DNA of 63,948 bases, the filler included, from Dirinaria sp. TL-2023a (lineage: Eukaryota): the NCBI GenBank assembly GCA_051941275.1. It is 3 parts of 3 records of this genome, joined end to end, with 100 filler letters (N's around TTAATTAATTAA, not from the genome) between each part and the next. Parts side by side here need not be neighbours in the genome. Positions count along the whole stretch, not along the records: positions 43,089 to 63,948 come from JAVEBF010000273.1; 2 more parts are not named here. One strand, given 5' to 3'. Made by a program: the position numbers and the translations under genes. The notes under the pieces were generated by a model. The model did not search any database. It was not told where the DNA came from and was given only the letters and a program-made list of their open reading frames with translations. This document shows positions 48,018 through 59,894 of the stretch, piece by piece; position 1 is the stretch's first letter; each line of letters opens with the position of its first letter.

Positions 48018-50890
48018 CTCCGCTTTAAACCAGAAACAGCCCTGGTCTACCCGACTTCACGCACTTACTCTCCCAGCTACTGCATGACGGGAATACGTGA
48101 TGATTGGAGAAACTGACTTTTCATGGCTTTCCATCGCCCACCGTCGCATCGAATCAGGCTTGCAGGCGAGGTTGCTGTAAAGAATGTCTCAACACCCTCT
48201 TCGCCCTGATATGCTGCTCATATGCGTCAAGTGCCACTCATCACACGCCTGTCTCGAAGTTCGAATCACCGCCATCCTGCTCCATAATACCACCTTCGCT
48301 CGCCCACCCCGAATTCCAGATAACATGCAATTCAACAACAATAATAATAATCATGATAATACATAATCATGCTGTGGATCGTCGAGGCGGTCCAGTTAGC
48401 GCCGTTCCTCCTGGGAAGCTTTTGAAAGGCAGCTGAAAGGGGTATTGATGTTCGTGGGTGGGCGGCAGCCTTCCAGCTAGCTCGATACACTACTCCAGAA
48501 GTACACTATGTACTGTACCTTACCTTACTGTTGTAGGACTACCTCACTGTACTTCAATTGCTGCGCGCCGAAAGAACCATGCTAGTACCTAGTACCTCAA
48601 TCATAACAACATGAAGGGTGTTTCGACCAGCCATTATTTGCTTTTCGGACCGAATCGCTCTAGTACTAAGGTAATAATGTACCTGATACCCACACCCGTA
48701 TTATTCCGTTGTTCTTCGAACTTGAGGTCGTGAGGTACCTTAAGGCTTGAGGCAGTTCCGTGGTCCCATGTATGTACAGTAGATGTCATAGTAAGCCAAG
48801 TACCTTAGGTAATGTCCTCCATCCTCGTGGAAGGTTTGGGATTGTTCCTTCACATGTCATGACCCGACTATTTGCTTTAGGTTTTAAGGTAGAGCCAAAG
48901 CATGAAGGAGAAGGATTGGAAGGAGGCCCCGGACTGATGGAATTAAACGTCGCTTTACCCATTGTCGTTAGCAGGCCACTCTCCTGCAGAGGCGACGAAA
49001 GAGAGACGGAGCCTCGGAGCCTTGGAATAATACTAGCCCTCCTCGGTAACAATACATAATGTCACAGCTGAACACCTGGCACGGAGCCGGCTACTACCCG
49101 CTGAGCCGGCGCAGCGAGGTTGGCCCTGGCTCAGAGATTGGCCCGTTGATATATTCCGTAATTGTCGCTGGTATCGAATCATCGAGCCGTGCACCAATTC
49201 CCCTCTCCTAGCGGGCACCTCACTTCAGTCATGCTCATGCTACCACTTTGCTTGAGTCATTGCGTCAGACAAACCCCCCCAAATCCACGCGCCCCCCTTG
49301 GGCGCGCTTGACTCAAGCAAGGCTGTCACGCACAACCTAACCCTTCCCAAGTTCCCGCCCACACTCCAGATCCTAGAAACCATACAGTATCCACAGCAAT
49401 ACCGGCTACCCGGTCTCGTCCGACCACATGTACAACAGTACCGTTGGCGATGATGCATGCGAGATCTCCGGAACATAGCGTTTCGACACCCCACTCACCG
49501 TACAGAGTATGTAGACTGCTTACAGTGCTTAGGCTTCTACGTACATACCTAGGAGAAGCTGGAAATACACACAGTATGTACAACGGACTCTGCGGCACCG
49601 TGCGGCTATATCGTTAAGAACTTTTTCGACGATCTTTCCGTGCGCTTGACGATCAAATCAACGCCGTACTAACGCTATCAGATCATGCACAGCACGATGC
49701 TGGAGCTCGTTTGAACTAACGTCGTGGGGTAGTCTCGTATGCGATCCAGTCACCCTACTTGAATAAAATGATGAATTATTTCCTTTACGGAGAATCTGTT
49801 GGCAAAGAATACCTACGAATTTAGGTTGTCAACCTCTGCATTATGGAAATGGATGACCTGCCATTTTATGATTGGCCATGGGCACCGGGATACACCCCCA
49901 ATTCCACAACTCTGCATCTCGTGACGAATTATGAGACAGCTCTACAAGCCTGGGTGTGGACGTTGCACATGCAGTGATAATCTTCACGACCAGTACGGTG
50001 GTAAGTGTGGCATTTGATGAGGTAGGGGCGATGTCCTACTGGCTCCGCTCTCCTGCAGCCCCCCTTGTAACCTTCTGGCGAAGACGACGATTCCGGTTTG
50101 CGCTTTGATGTTTGAAAAGTAAATGACTGGACACTGCAGATCGAGGACTCCGGATCAGGAAGGTGTGAAACAGCAGCCACTGGATGCACAGCGATACGTT
50201 CAGCAAGCGCTTATAGTTGCCACACTATCCAACTCAATCACACCCCATGTGCCGCATTCGGGGTGCTCAACCGCCCGTTTACTGGAGCTTTGGTTGCTTG
50301 TAACAGAGGCTGCAGGTGTATCCTATTGATCAAGTATCCATAGATGACGATTAGCCACATCTGCGGCTGTTTCAACATCTCAAGGTCATCGCCAGAGAGC
50401 AATTTCCTGAAGCTTTGTATTCATTATTGTATGTCGCGATTCCGGAGAGTCCAGCAGCTAGCGTATATTGCAATCTCATGGGTGCCGTTATCGAGGCACG
50501 AGGTGGGTCATAAGTGTGCATGACGCCTCCTAGTCCACGAGCATGAGACAAGGCCAAGGCTACAATTGATCACGCCACAAATGGGTACGAGTACTCGTAC
50601 ATACAAGCGCGCAGAGTGGCGCGTCATTGATGGGTACTCCCGTATGTCCTTGTGCTGATCGACCATGAAGGTCCAACCGTCCACTCACCTATCCAGCCCC
50701 CTGAGCCACAAGGAATACTACGTTGCGTAAGTCGTATGCTCTTTAGGTCGAATTCTCATCTGGCTGTCCCCAAAGACATCTATAGAGTCTCGTAATATCG
50801 CGTCATTCGACACCAATGCCTTAGGTCCGTTCTGTACAATCATTCAATTTTCTTCTCTCCACTTTAGGCGACTCAATTCTTTCATGGCTA

Positions 50891-50940
50891 GAAAAAGAAA
50901 AAGAAAAAGAAAAAGAAAAGGAGAAAAAAAAGAAAAAAAG
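50891..50940. repeat. (GAAAAA)n purine-rich simple repeat
   Basis: gaaaaagaaaaagaaaaagaaaaagaaaag... read directly from the sequence. Confidence 0.85.
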
Positions 50941-51945
50941 GTTTGCATTACTCGAGGATTCTAGAATTGCGCTACTTCGTGCAGGATTGAAATTGTGTCG
51001 ATGGCTTCTTGATCGAACCAAATGCAGCAACGTGTAAAATAGGAAATCAACAAAGAAAGGGGCGATATCTTGGATACTTCTCTGCCTTGCCTAGTACGGC
51101 TCATAATGCCGTTTGTTTCCTGTGCAATCGTGGTGATAAGATCGTTTGCCTTGATCACGAAAGCCCAATACTCGTTTTGAGATGAAATCGACTGTTGAGC
51201 ACTCTTCAGCGATCTTGTTGACCGCTCCTTCAAAGAAAGCATACAGTCCCTAGTTCCTAATTCCCGGGCATCTACCAGTTGTGCAGGGTCTCCGATCATT
51301 GGCCTCTCTCCCCACCCTTGCAAAAGCCTGCGACACCGTACTCAATTGGTTCCAGTCCTTCACCAACTCCTCGCTCCCATTAGAAGTAGTCGAGTTCGTC
51401 CTGGTATTGATGCTTGTTTTCTTCCGAACCGCGGTCACAACAGCGTACCAGATACCGTCAGCCAGTGCGTGCCTGTCCCCAATGGAATTTAGCTGCCTGT
51501 CGTACAGGTTATTAGTGAACACGCATTCACAGTCATAGAATCGAACGAAGGGGGAGGGATGAAGATCGCTGAACCAACATAACATCCAAAATATGGTCCA
51601 CCTTCGGAAAGCAATAACATTAAAACCTCCAGCACGCCTGCGCAGTAAGCATACATGCCCAGGTCCTCAATAACAAGATTCGTGTGGGCTGCTGCGAGAG
51701 GAAAACACCCTACGAGGTGCCATTGTGTGCCAGCGTGAGTCTGGATATGGAGGAGCTGCGCCTCCATAATAAAATTAGACATTGGCCTGTCGGGCTGATG
51801 AAGTGTTATCGGATAGTGAGTGGCTTTTATTAGCTCGGAAAATTCCTTCTTTCGAAAAAAAGAAAAATTATGCTTGGCAGGATTAAGAGTGGTTTGGGTC
51901 CCTGACTCCGAGAGCTCGGGTCTTGCAAAGTAGGGGGCGCGAGGA

Positions 51946-51973
51946 GATTGATTGATTGATTGATTGATTGATT
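51946..51973. repeat. (GATT)7 microsatellite
   Basis: Seven perfect GATT units. Confidence 0.9.
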
Positions 51974-53666
51974 ACTTCATTAGGCACTCGGAGCCCGTCC
52001 TCAATCTGGACTAGCTATGCGGCCATCAAAACAATCTATCTAAGGTATACACCTTAATCTCTCTGTATTTAATAACAATGTACTAATGAGTGGTTTCCTT
52101 CGGCACAATCGCCTCGGTCCCCTAACCGACGTCTCCTCTGCGACTTCAGAAGCCCGTTTCGGTACTCGTGATTAATCCTGTGTAAATAAGTAAAGAAACA
52201 ACCTCTAAAACTGAAGCTTTTCCTCGGCCTATTAACATCTTTGTATTCGTAATATCGAGGTCTCCATCTCTTAAATCGTAGTACTCGTGACGTGTTGAAT
52301 ATCGAGAAAAACTTGCTAACAGTCTATAAAACAAAGTACTGTAGCTGATGAAGAATGGCGAATCGAAGGGAATGTTCTCGGCAGTAACAGTATCGATGTC
52401 GCTAAAGGCGGAGTCGCGTGAAACAAGTCGAACCCTTTCTATCTTCTCTCTTGGCTTCGTGTCAACGTAAACGTCAATCACACAGAACAATCGACTTTGA
52501 CGACGCGGATTTCGAGTCCAGACGCGTGTAGCAGATCAGGCCACAGTTGTCACCACGAGAACACACTGCTCCCACTGTGCCCCCATCGTCAGGAGGATAC
52601 TTGGCTCTATTGACATTGCAATAAGTTCGTAGCCGGCACCACGTACAGGTGATCCTCATCGCCGGCCGGGCGCGAGGAGATAAAAGTGCTCATATAAAGT
52701 ACATAGGGGATGCGGTTGCTGTGCGATTCCGTGAAGATACGACGGCTTAACAAAATCTGTTTTACCCAACGCAACCGACCGTTCAAATCATCATGCCATT
52801 CTAGCAAGGCTCTACAGACAGCAACAAATTGAAACATTAGTGTTTTCCCTGACCTGGCAAAATTCTGCCACTCATTTCCTCTTGATCGCGGAAGGGGGAA
52901 AAATAAGTTTTTAGACTCTCATCGACATATGTAATTTCAATACACTTCTCACCTCAGTTCTTCAGCGAGCACCAAAGACGGACCCCATCCCTCTCACGAG
53001 GAATATATATCTCACAGAACAGCTAAGAGGGTGTCAGGGTTCGCAATGAACGAAACAAAGAACCCAGAACAGCGAGCAAGAACATCGAGAGGGGTCTTGC
53101 TGTCTAATGAACTACCACCGGCGGGAGAGTCTGGTAGGAGGTAATGTCTTTGTTCTCGGCCTCGAACCACTTAGCAGAAAGCGTCCAACAAGGACTCAAA
53201 CAACGAACGAAACGGAGTTCAGAGTCCAGAGTCTTGAGCTCCCGGATTTCAGCCCTCGATTTCCCGCTCTTGGGTCTCCTGTGTCTAGATTTGCTAGTCC
53301 ACCCTTTTCCCTCTTTAGTGGCTGTTACTTTCACTGCACGTTTCAAATAACGGATGCAGCGATCACAGAAGATCGGGTATTCCATTGATGTCCGGATTCA
53401 GACAGTTTAAATCATTATAGTAATGTATACACAATGCGATCCAGTTCACTTTCTGAACGCCAGACATGTTTGCTAACCAACAATAATGCCCCATGTTATG
53501 CAGTCCACCCGAGCGCCTGACGCTATGATCCAATGTGATGACTCAACCCGAATAACTCCGACAACACCAGCGCAAGCTGTTCATAAAATCGCAAAGCATT
53601 CTCTCATCATACAGTAGATTAACACTTCCTTCCCACCGAATGAGGCGCGAGTATGTCTGTAGGTAT

Positions 53667-54894
53667 TCAGTTGCCATTTCGGAAGAGAGTGAAGAGATTC
53701 TTCATCCTGATCTGCTGCATCGGCGTGAAGCCGGTATAGCTGTAAATCATCGTTAGCCCTTGCTTGCTCATGATGAAAAAGAGATCTCTCGAGAATGCTT
53801 ACCAAGCATCGTTGCTATAATCCATGTAATTGTGGACCGGGTCTTGACCCCCATTGCCAGGGCAGCTGTCCTTCACGACACCGTTCAGTGGGGGACAGCC
53901 ATCCGTACTGACGCTCTCCTGCGGCGTATCATCGACGTAGTCGCCGGGATCGCCAGCGGCACACGTGTTGTCCTGGAAAGTGTGCAGTAGGCCGAACCAG
54001 TGCCCGACTTCGTGCACCGCCGTCTTCCCTTCTTGATACCCGGCTAATCCTCCGTCCGGCATCGAGCCAGCGAGGACGTTGCATCCGTCCTGGGCGTACG
54101 AGTCGGAAGAGTAGGCCACGGGTGCGCAGTTGCCGTTCGGCAATTGGGCATCGGGCGTGCAGCTCGATGGGGTGTAGGTGACGGTTTGAGGCAGGGTGCA
54201 GTAGCCAAGGAGTTGGGAAGCTTGGGCGCCAGGGGTGGCGACACCGGCTGAGAGATTGGATTGGAAGTAGATATTGAGGGCCGAGTAGGAGCCCTTACGT
54301 AGAGCGGATTTCATAGCGCTGTCGGCGGAATCGGTCGCCCAAGCATCATTGATGGTGTAGCTATAGGGTTTGAGGTTGAATGATATGTTCGAGGAGGCGT
54401 AGGCTGTGTTGAGGACGCCGGCCTAGAAGGAAAACTTGTTAGTTTGTGGTCGAGATGGGACAGCGCCTTTCATTGGAAAGCACACAGTGGAAGGGACGGA
54501 AACCGGGTACGTGAGGAAGGGGGAAAGAAAGGGGTTAGGGGGTGAACTCTAGACTTGAGATAAAATAGGGACATACTTGCTTTGAGACAAGGTTCGCAAT
54601 TCTCTCGGGTGTATAACCAGGAGCCTCGCCGACGGTCGTCACAACGTGCATGTATGTGTCAACCACAATCTCATTGGCCCCATCAGCTTTTCGAGGCTTC
54701 AGAGTGAGCTCCCGGCTTTCCCGATGCAGCTGCGCATGGGAGTCTCTAAGGGCTACTCCTGGCGGACCTGTACCGCAGATTCGTAAGACGTTCGCGGCAA
54801 TGGAAGCGTTCCTGATGACGGGAGGAGACTGGAATGGGTGGCAAAGAGATGACGCGGTCATTGAAAGGATGACGAATGATGTAGAGTATTGCAT
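53667..54894 (-). CDS. Secreted zinc metalloprotease, peptidase family M43 (pappalysin/MEP1-like); 3 exons
   Basis: Signal peptide 'MQYSTSFVILSMTASSLC', cysteine-switch 'ICGT', 'MKSALRKGSYSALNIYF', zinc motif 'HEVGHWFGLLHTF' and Met-turn 'NYMDYS'. The last exon reads 'CYTGFTPMQQIRM...NGN*'. Confidence 0.92.
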
Positions 54895-55417
54895 TGTGAA
54901 TGATGTTATCTCTGGGCTGTTTTCAAGCAAGGTGTTTCCGGAATGCTGGATGATGGAGAATACATTACGATGACTGACCGGATGCCTCAACTTTATAGAC
55001 AAAAATCCCAATATGAACTGCGAGAAAAGTCGCCGAGCTTTGACACGCTTCGAAAGAGAGATACGCGTCACCGAACAGTGGAAGGTCTAGTTCTTTGGTG
55101 GCTATGACGTCCTAACGATGTAAGTGGTACCCGTCGCACCTGATATTCGAGCTTTGATGTTTGGATGCAAGCGGAAATCGGAGTTCTCGCGTCAAAGAAA
55201 TCATTATGCATCAACTAAGCTGGGTATGACGATACTCCAGATTACATCAGCTCTCGATCCACGCCCATTCCGCCAGATAGAGCGCCAGAGAGAGGTGTGG
55301 ATAACTGCTCTACTGGATCGAAGGGCTGGCCAGGCCGAGAGCACAGCTAGATCCATAAGACCACAACGCCAAATTCACCGTTCTTCCAACTCCATGAATG
55401 ATAGAACCCGACCTTTC

Positions 55418-56988
55418 TCATGCCATGGCATTCCCTGGTCTCTGTATACCGGTTGCAGTCGCAGTACTTGGCTGGTCGTTATTCCAGCTCAGGTACGTAT
55501 GATCTCCAAGTTTCCTGGGTCGACCTGTATTAGTAACAGTTGTGCGCATTGTGCATTATTCTTGGCGTACCTGGGCTTGATCAAATTCGCAACCGTAAAC
55601 AGCGCCCCGAGAACAATGCACAGTCCGCCGACCACAACATACGCAATGCCTAGGAACGGATTTTTCCCTCCTATGATAGTTCTGGTAGAGATCAGAATAG
55701 ACTTCGTGCCACCGTATTCAGTGACAGGGAAGTCTAACACTGTCAGCGCTACACTATGCCGTCAGAGAAAAGCCTTACTCATCTGGATGTCGACTTGGTA
55801 GTTGGAGCACGGCATGGTCATGTTGTCGTTCCGTCGTGCCAATTTACTGAAAGTCGGGAGACCGGCTGTCCTCATCCACACCTGGAATTCTTCATCGTCG
55901 TCCAGATCCGGTGGTGGATGCTCGTCGGTATAGCCATTCGGCCATTGCTCTTGCCAATTTGGCGGGACTGCAATATCGGCAAGATTGTATTTGGTTTTCC
56001 CATAAAGTGCCTTGTCGCTACCCCAGGCAATGCCTTTATTGGTCATGGGGTATGTCACGTTGGGTGCACTACCTCCTTGGACATCAACATTGAGGGGCTC
56101 GGCAAAGGAATCGTTGAACAAGGAATTAGCGATCAATCCGCACGGGTAGTAAGGTTTCCCACTGCGATCCAGCTGCAAGGGATCGCAAGAGCCGCTGCCA
56201 ATGGTACTGGCTGGCACTGCCTTTCCCTTCAGTTGATCCGTATCTAGTGATTTGACATATCGACGGTGGTTCTGGTAGAAATTCGTCAGGCGGTAGTAGA
56301 AAAGGACAGGTGGACCAATATTATTCGGTATGGGAAATTGCAAGGTGCAGTATTGAGTTGGGGTTTTTTTGGTGTCTGTGCCAAACTTGACATTGTCCTC
56401 GGAACGTCGCTTCCACTGCGTCTTCGCCGAGGCTATGCTCGCGCAGCTCGAGGGTCCCGATTTGAATGATGATGATACTCTACTGCCTGGAATATCCTCA
56501 AAATCGGCTTTTGCTAGTGTGCCACAATCCGAGTAGTCTATCGATAGCTCTTCCACCTGTAAGGTTGCATATTTAGCACGAGATGCCGGCCTGATCAAGG
56601 GTCAAGACGTGCTGTCTACTACCCACCTGAGAACTTGCATATAGCAGCAATCCACCTATGGGCGCAAATATGATACCGATGGCGAAGAAGAGAGGCAGGA
56701 CGGTTTTGGGGGTCAATATAGGTCTTGAGAATGGAGGTCAGTCCGACGAGGAGGCAGAGGGCTATGCTTGACGGTCTGAAGAACACTCACTGCCATGCCT
56801 TCAAGCGCTGCTGCCGAAAAGCGGTATCTGATATTCGTGTGACAGTTGTTAGAGTCACTTCAATATAGACACGATTAGATTGTATGCTTACTTGCTGGTC
56901 TTCTATTCTTCACTTTCTTGTGGTCGTTCGCAGGATCATGATCATGATCGTTGCCTGACTCAGTATGACTTGCTTCTACTTGCGACAT
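55418..56988 (-). CDS. cdc50: Cdc50/Lem3 family P4-ATPase (flippase) beta subunit; multi-exon
   Basis: Spliced '[28 protein letters not shown]', plus '[17 protein letters not shown]', '[13 protein letters not shown]', '[16 protein letters not shown]', '[11 protein letters not shown]' and '[12 protein letters not shown]'. Confidence 0.93.
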
Positions 56989-57668
56989 CCTCGTGGTAAT
57001 GCTACCATTAATTTGGCTTGTTGAAGTGGAGAATGAAATGTTGCGATTGCGGAATCGTCTCCAGCTTCGTACCAAAGATCCAGCATGTGTCAGCGCCGAG
57101 ACGGAATAATGTCGGGGTTTCGGATTCCACTTAGGGCTGAACGGAGGGAACCCCTCAAACCTACCTACCTTCAATACCTGAGACCTTCATGTTGCGGTAC
57201 AAGTAAGTACCTTAAGGTAGGTACCTACTATCTATACACTTGGTACAATACCTTACATGTGTAGTATTGGTGGCGCAACCCTCCATTATCTGAAGGTACG
57301 AGCTACATCTGCATGTCCTTTAGATCCATATCCACTTCTACACCTAGTCTCCGGGTCATGGGGAATGGACTCGCGCAAAATTTGAAATATGCGGAATATC
57401 AAGACAGCTGTAATGCCATCTTCGACAGGTTGAAATTCTTAGACGGCATCAGAGCATTTCCGTAAATAATGAGTACTTCGATCCATGTGTCCTTCTAAGC
57501 GGGAACGATGAACCATCCATAGCTGCCAAAGACGCCATTTCCTGAGCAAATGATCATGCCTCACTCAGTGCCGCTGATGCTATTACACATAAAAATACAT
57601 TTAATATTATAAAGCCAACAAGCGAGACCCCAACACGCCCACGCTAGATGCAAACGGTGGCAATCCGC

Positions 57669-59894
57669 CTAGAAGGCTGTGTGGAAAGCAGCCCGGCGGA
57701 GCTGGTAGTCGGGTACGTGGTCGAACCAGTCGGTCGCGTGATTATAGCGGTAGGCTTTGAATTCTACTCCATAGGGTTTCTGGGGTCTTATGTTAGTGGG
57801 TGAAGTGACGTGACAACAGCTCAGGCCTACCGGTTCAAGCATGTACAGCATGCCCAGCGGAACGTCCAAATCGGCCACGTCTGCTCGATTTAGGCCCTTG
57901 AAGTAGGCGAGAAGTACCCGCGCAACTGAACGGTGGCCCACGAGCAACACATGGTCCGTCATCCTCTCAACCTCGACGATCACAGCCCGCAGTCGATTGA
58001 TGATGTCGAGATATCCTTCACCTCCGGCCCCAGGGTAGCGGTAGTGGAGCTTGTCTTGCCTTCTGATTTCGTATTCATCTCGATGCTTCGTCTTAATCTC
58101 ATCGTACGTCAAGCCCTCCATGGCTCCAGCGTTGAGCTCATCGAGCATTCTCATCTGCTTGACTTCAAAGTCTTCCTCGTCAAAATACTGCGCCGTCTGA
58201 ATGCTGCGCTTGAGCATCGAAGTCCATACGCAAAAGTTCTTCTCGCTGTCACTATCACCGGATGAATACTCTGGATTTGGGGGGGTGGTGTCACCCGGCC
58301 GAGGTGGAAAATGAGTAGATAAAGCTTTCTGCTGCTGAAGGGCCTCCCATGCGTTTCGCTCGTGTTTGATGAATCTTGTCAACGTCTGTCCGTACTTCAG
58401 GCCAGTCGAACTGAGGTCAGAGTCACCGCCTATCTTGCCACTAAGGTTGTCTAGAGATTCGCCATGTCTCGTGATCCAGATTTGTCGAGGGGAGAGGTTG
58501 AAATTGAGAAGGTAGTAAACTGTCTGTGCGGCTAGGAAACCACGGATCTGATGCGAAACAACTTTGCGGCCAACGTCGATCATCTGGACGTACTGCATAT
58601 TATTCTTCTCTTCATAATCGCCGAGTGGTGTGTACTTCTTAGCATAAAGTGCTACCCGTTCCTTGAAGTCAGCTAGAGCCACAACAGGATCCTGATCTTT
58701 GTAGTCCGGCCCCGAGAGCTTTAAGCGCATGTTCGATTCGAGCAAATTTTCGTCAATGCAAAGCGACTCGAGGAATAGCACTCCTAGATGGGGCCCAGCG
58801 CGTTCACGAATCTTCTCCACGATAAGCTTTCGTCGGCCGAGTGTGCTGTTGGTGGCGTCGAAGATTCCCACAGAACCTCCCTGATCTAATATGTAATCCA
58901 ACAGGTCATCCAGGGTCGCCATAGCTAATTTTTCGCGCAGCAGAGAAGCTTTTGCATTTTCTGGATCAAAGAACTGCGCAGACTGGTCCATGGGCTCCGT
59001 CGATGATGTCTCCCCAGAGTTTTGCGGAAGCTCCGCCACCGCTGTTCGTGCTCGCTCAGGTGACGTGGAAAGATGGACCTCTGAGTCTGAGGTGGTCATG
59101 GCAGATGGAGGCAGCATGGTATCCGTGACAATCGACTTCTCTCCATTGACAAAGATTTGAGTTGTGTGCGCGGGGACGGGAAAGGTCTCTTTCTGAGTCA
59201 GAGCCTCCTTTAGCGACTTGCGATGGGCTGCCAGGCTCGTTGACATATCTCTGAGTCGAGCGGTCGTCGGCCGCGACAAAGGACCTGTGGTTGCCTCTCG
59301 CCTTCTTTCTCCAACATTAAATATCCTTGTATCATGTTGAAGCCAGTTCAAGTAACGTGCAATCTTCTTTGTAATATAGCTCTTTCCTCTGGCCGGCAGG
59401 CCCACCATCACAATAACAAGCTTCGATCCTACATCACGCTGAGCAATGCGACCGTCAGGAGAAACCCTTGACTTGGTCAAGCCAGGGATATCGAGCGTGG
59501 TTGGTCGGGCACGCGAAACAGGCGTTGAGCCAGAATCTTGACGGCGAGGAACGACTTTTGGGCTGTTGGGAGCTGTAGTTGCTGGTGTATCAGTCAGGGC
59601 TGTACCGTGTTTGGGATTGCCTTGTTGGGGTGCTAATGAGCCATTTGGAGGCGGTTTTGTAGGCGGAATCTTTCCCTGCGCCATATTAGGGTGCTCGAAA
59701 GTCGACGCAGTTGATGAAGCTGGATGCTGGTGATTGTAAGTAGCGGTCTCTGTGATGCCCGAGCGCTGGAATTGCTTGTGCGCAAGAGCCGCACGAGCTT
59801 CAAGGTTCGTAGGTATTGAATCATGGCTGAGTGCTTGTGAAGAGTCGGCACGATCGCCTAACAGTGGCATATCTGGGATAGCTAATGTAGTCAT
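57669..59894 (-). CDS. pfk26: 6-phosphofructo-2-kinase/fructose-2,6-bisphosphatase family protein (Pfk26-like)
   Basis: Kinase P-loop 'MVGLPARGKS', 'FDATNST' and histidine-phosphatase domain 'WITRHGES'. Contains an in-frame 51-nt intron at 57780-57830. Confidence 0.92.
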   Translation of the reverse strand: MTTLAIPDMPLLGDRADSSQALSHDSIPTNLEARAALAHKQFQRSGITETATYNHQHPASSTASTFEHPNMAQGKIPPTKPPPNGSLAPQQGNPKHGTALTDTPATTAPNSPKVVPRRQDSGSTPVSRARPTTLDIPGLTKSRVSPDGRIAQRDVGSKLVIVMVGLPARGKSYITKKIARYLNWLQHDTRIFNVGERRREATTGPLSRPTTARLRDMSTSLAAHRKSLKEALTQKETFPVPAHTTQIFVNGEKSIVTDTMLPPSAMTTSDSEVHLSTSPERARTAVAELPQNSGETSSTEPMDQSAQFFDPENAKASLLREKLAMATLDDLLDYILDQGGSVGIFDATNSTLGRRKLIVEKIRERAGPHLGVLFLESLCIDENLLESNMRLKLSGPDYKDQDPVVALADFKERVALYAKKYTPLGDYEEKNNMQYVQMIDVGRKVVSHQIRGFLAAQTVYYLLNFNLSPRQIWITRHGESLDNLSGKIGGDSDLSSTGLKYGQTLTRFIKHERNAWEALQQQKALSTHFPPRPGDTTPPNPEYSSGDSDSEKNFCVWTSMLKRSIQTAQYFDEEDFEVKQMRMLDELNAGAMEGLTYDEIKTKHRDEYEIRRQDKLHYRYPGAGGEGYLDIINRLRAVIVEVERMTDHVLLVGHRSVARVLLAYFKGLNRADVADLDVPLGMLYMLEPVGLSCCHVTSPTNIRPQKPYGVEFKAYRYNHATDWFDHVPDYQLRRAAFHTAF

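Noticed and set aside
2709..57830. Apparent odd peptide insertions in ORF-track proteins (DUF3176 2709-2765, oxidoreductase ~8530-8589, MARVEL 20219-20314, RRM ~22060-22116, myosin 42430-42510, Pfk26 57780-57830)
   Set aside because: Each is a stop-free intron with length divisible by three and normal donor, branch and acceptor signals. The number seen is not obviously above chance.
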